DNA from: Euryarchaeota archaeon UBA125
GTDB lineage: Archaea; Thermoplasmatota; Poseidoniia; Poseidoniales; Thalassarchaeaceae
Assembly (NCBI GenBank): GCA_002502625.1
Contig: DAPV01000022.1
Location: 1 to 60,858, forward strand
Reading direction: 5' to 3'
DNA length: 60,858 bases
Below are positions 1-9,607 of the stretch, piece by piece (positions within the stretch are counted from its first letter, which is position 1; every line of letters begins with the position of its first letter). The notes under the pieces were generated by a model that worked only from the letters and a program-made list of their open reading frames with translations, ran no database searches and was not told where the DNA came from. Both the position numbers and the translations under genes were made by a program.

Positions 1-1386
1 CTCACCTTGAGGTGAATGTCTTAGTTCCCATTTGTTTGGTAGATCTATTGTTAAATTTGCAGAATCTCTTATGTGCCCTCTAAATGGAATTTTCAAAATT
101 TGAATATTTGAATCTGTAAAATTTCCAATTAATGTCCCTGTTTCATCCCATCCCCATGATAGTCCATCAGCAAACACTCCTCCTATTGCAGGATCAATAT
201 GACTTCCAATCGGATAAATTGGTTCAGTTGCAAACATCCCTTCTTCGTTTAGAGAACAACATCCAGAATTTCCAGCATCTTTCCATCCTAATGTACTAAG
301 AATTTCAGAGAACAAGTTAGACTCCACTGAATCAACTGTTCCGTCCCAATTCCCAATAAATTTGTCAATTTGGTACATTATTCCAAGATTAGAGGAGGGG
401 AACATCGGATGACCAATATGCGTTGGAAGTCGAATACTTGCAGACCAATCAGCAAATTCTACAAAATTTGTTTCTGGATTTTCTTCTTCAAAATCTAGGA
501 ACATTGTTGATTCAAGAGAGATTGGCATACTTGGATCAGTTGAGAGCCAAGAATCTAGTGATTCAAAAAGAGCATCATCAAATGAATATGGGAGTAATTC
601 GGGAGTTTCATTGATTAATCTCCATAAATACCATTGTCCATTTTCTATTCTCGGTAAATCATAATCTAATGATCCATTTACAGAGATTCTATCTTCCCAA
701 CCACTTGGTGAATGACGAACTAGTATTGTACCATTCCAACCCGAATCTTGAGCCATTATACGCAAAGTTCCTTCCGAAGGAGGCCATATATCTGTTAACC
801 CACAATCGGCATTTCCACTTATCTCACAATTAACAGAGAGTAGATTATGAGAGATTGAATTATCATCCTCAGTGTATATCGTTTCTATCCAACCCTTTCC
901 CTCTGGAAGGGTTAATGAATCCGTCCCATTAATCCAATCAATAGTTTGTTCTCCAATATATTTCCAAGAATCGATTTCATCAGCACTAAATTGGAATACA
1001 GTAGAAATATTTGCTTTAACAAATGTAGTCACCGAAGAATTAGGACTGATCATGGGTAATAATTGAACAAAAACTCCATTTTCTTGAGATCTAATTTCTG
1101 GTCTAATTGGTTCTGAGTCTTCTAATTCAATCTGTATTTTTGTATCGTTAGTAATTTCGTAATAAATTACTTGTCCTGTCCATGGGTCGATTATTCTAAT
1201 TTCAAATTCAAATGATGTAGTTAGTGGATTCCAATTTCCATTAACCCAATATCCCATTTCAATATCTAATATTGTTCCTTGATTTTCCTCAGCCTGTCCG
1301 GTTGGAGTAGACATTAGAATTAGTAAAGAAATCATAATTATTGCATGAAAACGAATGGGCTCACCCCCATCTTTTTCCATCATCAT
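1..1386 (-). CDS. exported protein of unknown function, 3'-truncated by window edge
   Basis: Absent from the supplied ORF track because it is edge-truncated. My own minus-strand translation is open from the ATG run at 1386/1383/1380 (or ATG 1335) down to base 1. It reads MMMEKDGGEPIRFHAIIMISLLILMSTPTGQAEENQG..., a charged n-region, hydrophobic core and small-residue c-region, so signal-peptide-like. No catalytic motif recognised downstream. Confidence 0.55.
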   Translation of the reverse strand, partial: MMMEKDGGEPIRFHAIIMISLLILMSTPTGQAEENQGTILDIEMGYWVNGNWNPLTTSFEFEIRIIDPWTGQVIYYEITNDTKIQIELEDSEPIRPEIRSQENGVFVQLLPMISPNSSVTTFVKANISTVFQFSADEIDSWKYIGEQTIDWINGTDSLTLPEGKGWIETIYTEDDNSISHNLLSVNCEISGNADCGLTDIWPPSEGTLRIMAQDSGWNGTILVRHSPSGWEDRISVNGSLDYDLPRIENGQWYLWRLINETPELLPYSFDDALFESLDSWLSTDPSMPISLESTMFLDFEEENPETNFVEFADWSASIRLPTHIGHPMFPSSNLGIMYQIDKFIGNWDGTVDSVESNLFSEILSTLGWKDAGNSGCCSLNEEGMFATEPIYPIGSHIDPAIGGVFADGLSWGWDETGTLIGNFTDSNIQILKIPFRGHIRDSANLTIDLPNKWELRHSPQGE

Positions 1387-2416
1387 GAATTATTGTTGAA
1401 CCCTGACTATCGATTAATAGAGGTAGAATTTTATGTTTTGAACTTAGAGATTTTTCTAGACGTTTTTTCATTTCATCATCTCCATGAACTAGGAAGAACC
1501 CCCCCCCTCCTGCTCCCAGTAATTTCGCACCGGTAGCTCCTGCATCAATCAATTGGTCATGTAGATTATCAAGTAATTCTCCTGTAATCCCATCAACTAG
1601 CATTCGTTTAATTTGCCATGATTCTTCAAGCAATCTTCCAACTTCCTCAAGTCTTCCTCCTTCTAATGCTGATCTAACTTGGAAAGCTTGAAGCCTTAGT
1701 GTCGATAATTCTCCCATTCTATCCACAGTCATTTCTTTTTGTTTTGATAGAACAGAATTTGCAGATCTAGTTAGTCCTGTATAAACTAGCGAAAATTCAT
1801 TTTCAATACGTTGTTTTGTATTATCTGACAGAATAAGAGGGTCGATACTAACAGAACCATCTGGTAGGAATCCTATTGTATTCACACCTCCAATTGCAGC
1901 AGCATATTGATCTTGTTTTCCGATTGGTTGACCAAGAACATCAATTTCTATTCTGCATGCTTCTCTAGCTAATTCTTCGGAAGACATTGGATTTCCAGCA
2001 AGAGATGACAATGCATTGAGTAGACCAATTGTAACTGCGGAAGATGATCCTAGACCTGTTCCTCTAGATGGGATATCTGCTATTGTGGTGATTTCAATAC
2101 CATGTGTAACTCCTGTAGATTTCATTGCTTCACGAACTAATTCATGCTGAATTTCATCTATATCATTTACAAATTCCATCGATGAATAGGAAATTCGAAT
2201 TGAATTATCAAATCTAGGATTTACTGTTACATATAGATAACGAGCCATTGCTAGAGAAGTTACTGCGCCCCCATCAGAGTGATTCTCATAGAATGCTGCC
2301 AAGTCAGTTCCCCCTCCACAGAAGGATGCTCGTACCGGCGTCCTACTAATCAGCATAGTACTGGGACCTAGTCCCCTCACATCAAGCCGACGGAGTGCTG
2401 TGAAGATAGATGCCAA
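1361..2416 (-). CDS. GHMP-family sugar kinase (COG2605/HddA-like)
   Basis: N-terminal PVRASFCGGGTDL, GHMP motif II GTGLGSSSAV and motif III LLGAGGGGFF. The true start may be the internal Met at 2356 (MLISRTPVRASF). Confidence 0.75.
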   Translation of the reverse strand: MASIFTALRRLDVRGLGPSTMLISRTPVRASFCGGGTDLAAFYENHSDGGAVTSLAMARYLYVTVNPRFDNSIRISYSSMEFVNDIDEIQHELVREAMKSTGVTHGIEITTIADIPSRGTGLGSSSAVTIGLLNALSSLAGNPMSSEELAREACRIEIDVLGQPIGKQDQYAAAIGGVNTIGFLPDGSVSIDPLILSDNTKQRIENEFSLVYTGLTRSANSVLSKQKEMTVDRMGELSTLRLQAFQVRSALEGGRLEEVGRLLEESWQIKRMLVDGITGELLDNLHDQLIDAGATGAKLLGAGGGGFFLVHGDDEMKKRLEKSLSSKHKILPLLIDSQGSTIIHDDGKRWG

Positions 2417-2470
2417 TTCAACGGGAAGGAATATGGCCGGGGTTCTCCCAGTTTGAAGAAGGGGACGAGT

Positions 2471-3403
2471 ATGAGTGGCCTAATCACTGTGGATGACCTG
2501 ACGAATGAAGAGATATTGTCTATACTTGATGATGCAGAAAGAATGCTGCCCATAGCAAGAGGTGAAATCCATTTACCAATCCTTGCTGGCAAGGTTTTAG
2601 CTAATCTTTTCTTCGAACCTTCTACTCGAACAAGAATGTCTTTTGAAACCGCTATGAAAAGACTCGGAGGTTCAGTATTGAATTTGGGTGACGTTTCTAA
2701 TTCCTCTGTAGTAAAAGGTGAAACATTGTATGATACTATGCAAATGATGGATGGATACGCAGATATTGCTGTAATTCGTCATCCACGTCAAGGAGCAGCT
2801 CGTTATTCTTCAAATGCAGTTAAAATCCCTGTAATTAATGCAGGAGATGGTGCTGGACATCATCCAACTCAAACACTTCTAGATCTCTTCACAATCCGCT
2901 CTTGCCATGGAACACTTGAGGGACTTAATGTTGCATTAGTTGGTGATTTAAGATATGGTCGTACGGTTCACAGTTTGTCGGAAGCGCTAGCTCGTTTTGG
3001 GTGTTCTTTGACTTTTATTTCTCCTACCTCTCTAACTATGCCTCGAGAAATAATTTCAGATCTTCTTAATTCAGGTATTTCAATCGAAGAAACAGGAGAC
3101 CTTCATGGATCTATCGAAAATGTAGATGTCATATACATGACACGCATTCAGAAGGAACGCTTCCCAGATGATGATGAATATCACAAGGTTGCAGGAGTAT
3201 TCAAATTAAATCGTTCTGATTTGAGCTCTGCTAAGAAAGATATGATAATCATGCATCCATTACCTCGTGTCGATGAAATTTCTCCAGATGTCGATTCAAC
3301 TATACATGCGAAATATTTCGAACAGGCATTCTATGGAGTGGTTGCTAGAATGTCGTTATTATGTCGCTTATTAGGAGTTTCAGTTCCGGAGGTGAATCAA
3401 TGA
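2471..3403 (+). CDS. pyrB: aspartate carbamoyltransferase catalytic subunit
   Basis: FFEPSTRTRMSFE (carbamoyl-phosphate site), HHPTQ and MHPLPR motifs. The track start 2453 is TTG. ATG 2471 (MSGLITV) sits behind a GGGGA site. Confidence 0.93.
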   Translation: MSGLITVDDLTNEEILSILDDAERMLPIARGEIHLPILAGKVLANLFFEPSTRTRMSFETAMKRLGGSVLNLGDVSNSSVVKGETLYDTMQMMDGYADIAVIRHPRQGAARYSSNAVKIPVINAGDGAGHHPTQTLLDLFTIRSCHGTLEGLNVALVGDLRYGRTVHSLSEALARFGCSLTFISPTSLTMPREIISDLLNSGISIEETGDLHGSIENVDVIYMTRIQKERFPDDDEYHKVAGVFKLNRSDLSSAKKDMIIMHPLPRVDEISPDVDSTIHAKYFEQAFYGVVARMSLLCRLLGVSVPEVNQ

Positions 3404-3873
3404 GCGAAGAAGGTATGCGCAGAGTAACAGCTATCCAAAATGGAACCATAATTGATCACGTTCCGGCGGGTTCTTCGTTGAAGGTATTAGGAATGTTAGG
3501 ATTACTAGACAGTCGTAGTACCCCAATTTCCTTGGCAATGAATGTTCCAAGCAAGAAGTTAGATAGAAAGGATGTAATGAAGGTAGAAGATCGTGAATTA
3601 ACTCAAGAAGAGTTAGATAGATTAGCAATAATTGCTCCTAATGCTTCTGTATCAATTATCCGAGATTATCGGGTGGCTGAAAAGAGGTCTGTAGTACTTG
3701 GAGATGAATTATTAAACGTTGCCCGTTGTTCGTTTTCTAATTGTATTATGAATAATCCAAGAGAACCTCTTCCACATCGAATTCTAGTTCATTCAAGAAA
3801 TCCATTAGAACTTAGATGCGCATATTGCGGTAAAACACAGTCTGTAGACGATATTGTTAATCATCTAATCTGA
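3400..3873 (+). CDS. pyrI: aspartate carbamoyltransferase regulatory subunit
   Basis: ATGA start/stop overlap with pyrB at 3400-3403. Has the RVTAIQNGTIIDHVPAG N-domain and a C-terminal Zn cluster (CSFSNC...CAYCG). Confidence 0.9.
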   Translation: MSEEGMRRVTAIQNGTIIDHVPAGSSLKVLGMLGLLDSRSTPISLAMNVPSKKLDRKDVMKVEDRELTQEELDRLAIIAPNASVSIIRDYRVAEKRSVVLGDELLNVARCSFSNCIMNNPREPLPHRILVHSRNPLELRCAYCGKTQSVDDIVNHLI

Positions 3874-3900
3874 ATATTTGCAAAGGAAAATGGTGAAATT

Positions 3901-4509
3901 ATGATAGAGGAATCGAAGACTAATCGTGCACCTCGTTTGACTATAATTGCTGGAGCTACAGGAACCGGCAAATCGACTTTAGCTCATATGGTTGCACATG
4001 AACTTGATTTTAGCAGATGTGTTTCAACAGATACAATTAGAGAAGTATTAAGATGTAATATTAGTATTAATGAATCTCCTGCTTTACATCGTTCATCTTA
4101 CTCTAATGGAGAAACAGGAGATCCAGTAAATGATTGGCTAGATGCATCAGAAGTTGTTGAAAAAGGAATAGATGCCGTAATCAATAGAGCTAGAGCCCAG
4201 GGTGTAGATTTAGTAATTGAGGGCGTACATATTATCCCCAAATCATCTTGGTTAAGAGATTGGAGAGAAGCAGGTGGTAGAGCGATTGGAATATTTGCTA
4301 CTGCTGATGCTGAAAATCAACATAGAGAATTTATCATGAAACGAGAAGAAGCAACATATAGGGGATCATCACGTTATGTCTTAGCATTTGATAGAATTAG
4401 AGTAATACAACGAGCAATTATGGAAAGGGGTAGAGTAGCAGGATGGGTTAGAATTGACCCGCTTCTTCATGACGATCCATTGTTACGAATCCGTCAAAAT
4501 CTAGAATAA
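3901..4509 (+). CDS. P-loop kinase, 2-phosphoglycerate-kinase-like (COG2074-like)
   Basis: Walker A GATGTGKSTLA followed by VSTDTIREVLR, as in archaeal 2-PGK-type kinases. Shorter than the characterised enzymes, so substrate is unknown. Confidence 0.5.
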   Translation: MIEESKTNRAPRLTIIAGATGTGKSTLAHMVAHELDFSRCVSTDTIREVLRCNISINESPALHRSSYSNGETGDPVNDWLDASEVVEKGIDAVINRARAQGVDLVIEGVHIIPKSSWLRDWREAGGRAIGIFATADAENQHREFIMKREEATYRGSSRYVLAFDRIRVIQRAIMERGRVAGWVRIDPLLHDDPLLRIRQNLE

Positions 4510-4938
4510 CTATGGTAATTCGATAGTCGCATCTAACATTAGTAGCATTCTGCTATTTCTATCGGCAATTCCTGCTTCAGCTGATACGTGACATTCACTT
4601 CCTTCAATTGAGACATTTAGTCCAACTAAAATCACTTCAACTCCTCTATGTTCTCCATGTCTAACAAGATCATTTTGAACACTTTTCGCAGCATCATTAC
4701 AGATTTCGTAATCAGTTCCTTGTCCTGCCAAGTTATTGATTCGTGATTGTATTGTCGCTTCCCACACGTCATCAACTTCTGCAGCAGTCTGAAGAACTGC
4801 ATCATCAGAGGAATCATATGGCTCACCCATTCCGACTACTTTGACACCATAAATTGCCATAGAAAGTAGTGCAAGAAGAAGTACTACACCAGTTGCCAAT
4901 AACATCTGTGCCTTATCATTAGTATTGCTATGATTCAT
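4510..4938 (-). CDS. putative type IV pilin-like protein (class III signal peptide candidate)
   Basis: Using the internal Met, the N-terminus is MNHSNTNDKA|QMLLATGVVLLLALLSMAIYG. That is a charged residue, small residue, Gln and then a hydrophobic helix. Its ATG shares 1 nt with the upstream stop (TAATG at 4936-4940). It is the last gene of the pilus operon. Confidence 0.45.
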   Translation of the reverse strand: MNHSNTNDKAQMLLATGVVLLLALLSMAIYGVKVVGMGEPYDSSDDAVLQTAAEVDDVWEATIQSRINNLAGQGTDYEICNDAAKSVQNDLVRHGEHRGVEVILVGLNVSIEGSECHVSAEAGIADRNSRMLLMLDATIELP

Positions 4939-5384
4939 TAAGCACCACTTCCAATATGCCAAACTTGAAGTCCTACAGTCCAAAGATGACCTTCAATCGA
5001 ATGTAAATGCATTACTGTAAGACTTTGTCCTGGTGGGATTTCTCCAATTCCTTCTCTTTCCATTGGTTCAGCATCTACTGCTAACCAACAATTTCCAGTT
5101 ACAGTTTCAGGTAAATTATCCAGAAGAATAGTACAAGCTTCTACTCGTTCATCAGCCGCTAAATGAGAATTCATGATTGACGTTCCATTTTGATCTACTT
5201 CTGCTGAAGAAAGAGTATGAGCATCTTCGGCGGCAACAAGTAATGCAGCATCAGATGCGATTGGATTCGTATCAGGAACTTGTAATTGAATTACAAATGC
5301 AGCACAAAGAAAGAACAGCCAGAATAGAGTAATCATCTCTATCATATGGACTTGGGCATTTGTTGATTTTGCCTCTTTCTCCAT
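4938..5384 (-). CDS. putative type IV pilin-like protein
   Basis: Start taken at MEKEAKSTNA|QVHMIEMITLFWLFFLCAAFVI. It is similar in size and layout to the downstream ORF (both have AAE(D/V)D after the helix). The 5411 start would overlap the upstream gene. Confidence 0.4.
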   Translation of the reverse strand: MEKEAKSTNAQVHMIEMITLFWLFFLCAAFVIQLQVPDTNPIASDAALLVAAEDAHTLSSAEVDQNGTSIMNSHLAADERVEACTILLDNLPETVTGNCWLAVDAEPMEREGIGEIPPGQSLTVMHLHSIEGHLWTVGLQVWHIGSGA

Positions 5385-5388
5385 TATA

Positions 5389-6924
5389 TCACCCTGGAGC
5401 CATTCTTCCAATAGAATGTACTAGCCCTTCTGCCATAGGAACTCCAATTAGTTCTGGAGAGAAAGCAACAAAGTTGAATGCAAAAAGAGCAAGAATCAGC
5501 ATGTATCCTGAATGTTTCATCCCGTTTGCCAAGCGTCCAGTCGCCATTAATCCAGCCATTGCACCATTACCAACCGCTTGGGCAGATACGCCATAAAAGA
5601 AAACTACAAGGAAGAACAGTGGATCTACGGCATTAATTTGCATGTTTCCAATACTTTCAGATTCTCCTCCACTGTTTGAACTAGCAATAGCTGGGATGAA
5701 CACTTTGGAAAGAACTACAATTACTCCCATAAATACAAGATATGAAACCCAAATTACTGAAATATATGATGCAATTGCTCTAACACGTTCACCTTCTAGG
5801 AATTTAATTTCTCTTGAATCATTTGCTGCAGTCACTAAGATGTCAGAAATCTTCCCTCCTGCTTTGTTTGCTTCATCAATTAGAGATACAGCCCTATGTA
5901 CTAAGGGAGTATTTACTCTATTAGCAAACATCTTCATCACATCTCCGAATGGAATCCCCCATGATAATTGATCAGACATTTTCTGAATATCATTATTCAA
6001 AGCTCCATATTCTGACCTTGCAAGGGTTCTTACTGAAACAACCATTGAAAGACCACCCTTCCAATATTCTGCTAAGTCTCTTAGGAAGTCAGGAAATTTA
6101 TCTTCGATTGCTTTGATTTTCCTTGCTTGTGCATCGCTGTACAATGCAGCAGGGAAGACCATTATCAGTAATCCCAGTCCGAAGAAATTTACAAAAATTG
6201 TTGGATGAAGAGCAAAAGGACCGGCGTCTACTTTTGGTCCAATCCACAATGATTTGTTGTTCATATTTTCTGGAATTCCATCATATGATTCCACGCTTAC
6301 TGTAAATTCAAAATTTCTAATTGCAGGTTGATCTGATGGTATTTCTACCCATATTTCGTATTGTTTGTTTGCCTGTACAGGAATATTGTTTAAACCACAT
6401 TCTTCGCTGTTAGAAACCATTCCTTGAGTTGCTATAGTAGTAGTTGACAAATCAAATGCCCTTTCAACAATTGAAAGTGTAAAAGTACCACTATTGTCGG
6501 CTTCTGCTGTACAACTAACATCCGCAGTTTGGGGCGGATGATTTTGATTACCAAGCCTTTGTTGCTCAATTCCTGGCACTATAAAAAAGGCAGCAGCACC
6601 CGGTGAACTTATCTTATCCCATTCTTCGCTCCATGTTTCTATAGTGGGGCTTTCTTGAGTGAGAAAACAAGATTGATTATCTGCATACGTCGGGGGAACT
6701 GGAACATTTGGATCAAATGAATCGGGGCATGCTAGATTTAGAAACATAGGCATCTGATTCATTGGTTTGAAAACTAAATCAGCATTAGTAATCCAGAAAC
6801 CCATACAACTCATTCCAAGCATCATTCCGATAACAAGAATAATTGTGAAGTTAGTTTCTGTACTATCGTCTTTAGGTAGTTCTAATCTAACTGTGATTTT
6901 CTTCTTACCCTTTTTTCTAGCCAA
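5389..6924 (-). CDS. type IV pilus platform protein, single T2SSF domain (TadC/EpdK-like) with large N-terminal extracytoplasmic insert
   Basis: The C-terminal half (KFPDFLRDLAEYW...GIPFGDVMKMFANRV...LIDEANKAGGKISDIL... plus TM helices) has a T2SSF/FlaJ/TadC-type layout. An N-terminal TM is followed by about 230 aa with no TM. TTG start at 6924 lies 6 nt after GGAGGTGAG. Confidence 0.7.
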   Translation of the reverse strand: MARKKGKKKITVRLELPKDDSTETNFTIILVIGMMLGMSCMGFWITNADLVFKPMNQMPMFLNLACPDSFDPNVPVPPTYADNQSCFLTQESPTIETWSEEWDKISSPGAAAFFIVPGIEQQRLGNQNHPPQTADVSCTAEADNSGTFTLSIVERAFDLSTTTIATQGMVSNSEECGLNNIPVQANKQYEIWVEIPSDQPAIRNFEFTVSVESYDGIPENMNNKSLWIGPKVDAGPFALHPTIFVNFFGLGLLIMVFPAALYSDAQARKIKAIEDKFPDFLRDLAEYWKGGLSMVVSVRTLARSEYGALNNDIQKMSDQLSWGIPFGDVMKMFANRVNTPLVHRAVSLIDEANKAGGKISDILVTAANDSREIKFLEGERVRAIASYISVIWVSYLVFMGVIVVLSKVFIPAIASSNSGGESESIGNMQINAVDPLFFLVVFFYGVSAQAVGNGAMAGLMATGRLANGMKHSGYMLILALFAFNFVAFSPELIGVPMAEGLVHSIGRMAPG

Positions 6925-6927
6925 ATA

Positions 6928-6936
6928 CTCACCTCC
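6928..6936 (-). promoter_or_regulatory. Shine-Dalgarno site (GGAGGTGAG) between the two platform genes
   Basis: The reverse complement of ctcacctcc lies directly after stop codon 6937-6939 and before TTG 6924. Equivalent sites precede 8007 (AGGAGG) and 9552 (GAGGTGG). Confidence 0.6.
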
Positions 6937-8007
6937 TTACATTTCGTTTTCTTGAGACATTAGCCATACAAACAGAGAATACGCGATATGAATCATTGGG
7001 AGTAATCCCATCACAATTCCATAAACCATATTTTCAGAAATTTGAGATCCAGCCCCCGATACCCAGAACATAATGACTAACATTACGATAAGAAACAGTG
7101 GCATTGCTACTGCAACTACAATATATGTTTCAGCAAACATTGCTAGTGTTTCCAAGAATACAGTAAGTCTGATTCTATTTTCTCTCATGTAGTGTTCAGC
7201 CCTATTCAGGAAGTATAACTTTAGATTACCTCCAGATGAAAGAGTTCCTACCATTCCTTGGAAGAATTCAGTAACCCATACAGAAGCAGCTCGATCAACA
7301 GCAAGTTTCACTGCTGTGATAATATCATAACCGAAGAGAGTCATATCACGATATACCATCGAAGAATCATATGCAATATCTCCATAAATTTCTCCATTCT
7401 TGGCTAAAGATCTGAAAATTTTTACTGGTGTAGCATTTGCAGCTGACATTGCTGCTGTATAAGAAGATGCATATGGCAAAAATTTCTCTAATCGTTCTGC
7501 TCGAGCAGATCTTTTCCTTTCTGCTTCGTTACCAAAATATTTGTTTGCAGAATAAGGAACTATTAAACCGAGTAAAATGACTACAATAGCTTTCCATAAG
7601 AATGGGAAAACTTGGGTAGTATAGTGTGGACATCCATTTCCTGGTTGGGATGGGTTAATATCTGCTTTATGCCAGAATTCCCAATCCATACAAGTCATAA
7701 CAGTAGCAGGGTCTTGTATCGATTCATAGATTGCAATTAGTCCTGCTCCAGGTAAGAAAACGAGTGCCATAAGTGCACCACATCCAATAATTACTGCTAT
7801 AGTGCTCATCAATTGTGTCGATTTGTATACTTCTGGCATTACCCTAATATCAGCTTGAACTAGAAGTTTTTTCAAGTCTAGATTCTTACGGGCACGTTCA
7901 CGATAAAAACCTCCAAAAAGGGTATTGGATATCTTCTGCCATGGAGTTGGAATCATACCTTCGAAGTCATATTGCTTCTTTGATTTCAAATCTCTTTTTT
8001 TTGCCAA
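6937..8007 (-). CDS. type IV pilus platform protein, single T2SSF domain (TadB/EpdJ-like)
   Basis: FLPYASSYTAAMSAANATPVKIFRSLA...GYDIITAVKLAV...SSGGNLKLYFLNRAE, flanked by TM helices, has a T2SSF-domain layout. TTG start behind AGGAGG. Confidence 0.7.
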   Translation of the reverse strand: MAKKRDLKSKKQYDFEGMIPTPWQKISNTLFGGFYRERARKNLDLKKLLVQADIRVMPEVYKSTQLMSTIAVIIGCGALMALVFLPGAGLIAIYESIQDPATVMTCMDWEFWHKADINPSQPGNGCPHYTTQVFPFLWKAIVVILLGLIVPYSANKYFGNEAERKRSARAERLEKFLPYASSYTAAMSAANATPVKIFRSLAKNGEIYGDIAYDSSMVYRDMTLFGYDIITAVKLAVDRAASVWVTEFFQGMVGTLSSGGNLKLYFLNRAEHYMRENRIRLTVFLETLAMFAETYIVVAVAMPLFLIVMLVIMFWVSGAGSQISENMVYGIVMGLLPMIHIAYSLFVWLMSQENEM

Positions 8008-8025
8008 AATTCCGCCTCCTAAAGG

Positions 8026-9552
8026 TCAGCGTAGGCCGTCCACGCGAGCAAGAATTTCATCAGGTCTGACATAATACTCTGTAATTATTTGAGCTACTTG
8101 ATCTGACTTCCGGATATCATTCAGAACCATCCAATCTAAGATTCGCTTTCTTGTTCGTAATTCATTTCGCATCTTTTCTTGAGAATAATTAATCTTCACC
8201 ATTACTTTTTCTAAGACATAGGATTTACCGCTGAAGTCGAAATCGTCACGAGAAGGATCCCACTTAAACACCTCATTTGTGATTACTTCTTGGCTATGAG
8301 GGTCTACTCCTACAATTTCAACAATCTGTTTTGTCCTTCGTACACGGCGTCCGTTAATCCTAGTTTGAATTTGAATTGCTACTGCTTCAAGAGCAGGAAG
8401 AAGAACTCGAGGAATATCAATTGGCTTATTTTCAAGACGATGTACTAGAGATGCGACTGAATCTGCGTGAACCGTTGAATATGAACAATGCCCAGTGGCC
8501 ATCGCTTGGAATAGTACGTATGCTTCAGAACCTCTAATTTCTCCTACAATAATATATTCAGGTCGTTCTCTCAGAGCTGCTTTTAGTAATTCGAACTCAG
8601 TGATTTCACCTTCTGAAGATTCCCCTCCGAATCCTTGTCGTGTTAAACCAGGAATCCAATTTGGTTGGGGGATGTTTACCTCTCGAGTAGATTCGATACT
8701 TACGATTTTCATTTGCCAAGGAATAAACAGACACATGGCATTCAAAGTAGTTGTTTTACCTGAAGCAGTACCTCCTACGAATAGCATAGAAACACCTTGT
8801 TGAAAGGCAATCCAAAGGTACGCTACCATTAGGCTAGTCATAGTTCTGAATGCAACAATATCGCAAGGACTGAACGGGTCTTCTCTGAATCTTCGAATAC
8901 AAAAAGCGGAACCACGTGTAGAAACTTCTCTTCCTAATTTCATTACAATCCGAGACCCATCCATTAGTGTAGCATCTAGAAGAGGCTCTGCAACTGAAAT
9001 ATGTTTTCCACATCGTTGTGCTAGTTTGATTACATATGCTTCCAGTTCATCATCTGTAGGCCAAGCAATAGTAGTTTCAATAGATTCAAACTTTCTATGA
9101 TACGCAAAGATTGGAACATTAGTTCCATCGAGAGAAATATCTTCGACATTTGAATCATTCATCAATACATCCATTCGGCCATACCCGATTAAGTCTCTAC
9201 GTATGTAATAGAAGATTTTAGATCTAGATTTTTTACTAATTTTTAATCTATATGACTTGATTATCTGATCCATAGCTGCCCGAAGATAGGCAACAGGATC
9301 TGCATCTATTTCTTCTATGTCAGCATTCAGTGCCTGAACGAAGATGTCCATTATCTGATCTTTTTGATCAGTTTCTTTCTTGTTTAGAGGCGGTTCAATT
9401 ACTTGATAAATAATGTTCAAAGTCCTCAAATCACGAACGATTCTAGCGAATGAATGAGGAGGAGAAACGGGATACTTGTCCATTTCTTCGAATTGAGCTT
9501 GTTGTTGCTTCTTTCGGCTTTGGCCTTGGTTCTTCCGCCCTCGTCGTGCCAT
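8026..9552 (-). CDS. FlaI/ArlI/PilB-family type IV filament assembly ATPase
   Basis: Walker A GGTASGKTTTLNA, Walker B/Asp box YIIVGEIRGSEAY and His box SYSTVHADS. The N-terminal domain is typical of archaeal secretion ATPases. Confidence 0.9.
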   Translation of the reverse strand: MARRGRKNQGQSRKKQQQAQFEEMDKYPVSPPHSFARIVRDLRTLNIIYQVIEPPLNKKETDQKDQIMDIFVQALNADIEEIDADPVAYLRAAMDQIIKSYRLKISKKSRSKIFYYIRRDLIGYGRMDVLMNDSNVEDISLDGTNVPIFAYHRKFESIETTIAWPTDDELEAYVIKLAQRCGKHISVAEPLLDATLMDGSRIVMKLGREVSTRGSAFCIRRFREDPFSPCDIVAFRTMTSLMVAYLWIAFQQGVSMLFVGGTASGKTTTLNAMCLFIPWQMKIVSIESTREVNIPQPNWIPGLTRQGFGGESSEGEITEFELLKAALRERPEYIIVGEIRGSEAYVLFQAMATGHCSYSTVHADSVASLVHRLENKPIDIPRVLLPALEAVAIQIQTRINGRRVRRTKQIVEIVGVDPHSQEVITNEVFKWDPSRDDFDFSGKSYVLEKVMVKINYSQEKMRNELRTRKRILDWMVLNDIRKSDQVAQIITEYYVRPDEILARVDGLR

Positions 9553-9607
9553 AGTGCCACCTCAGTACATGTCCCAAAGGAACGAGGATTGGGATAACCT
9601 TTGGCCT

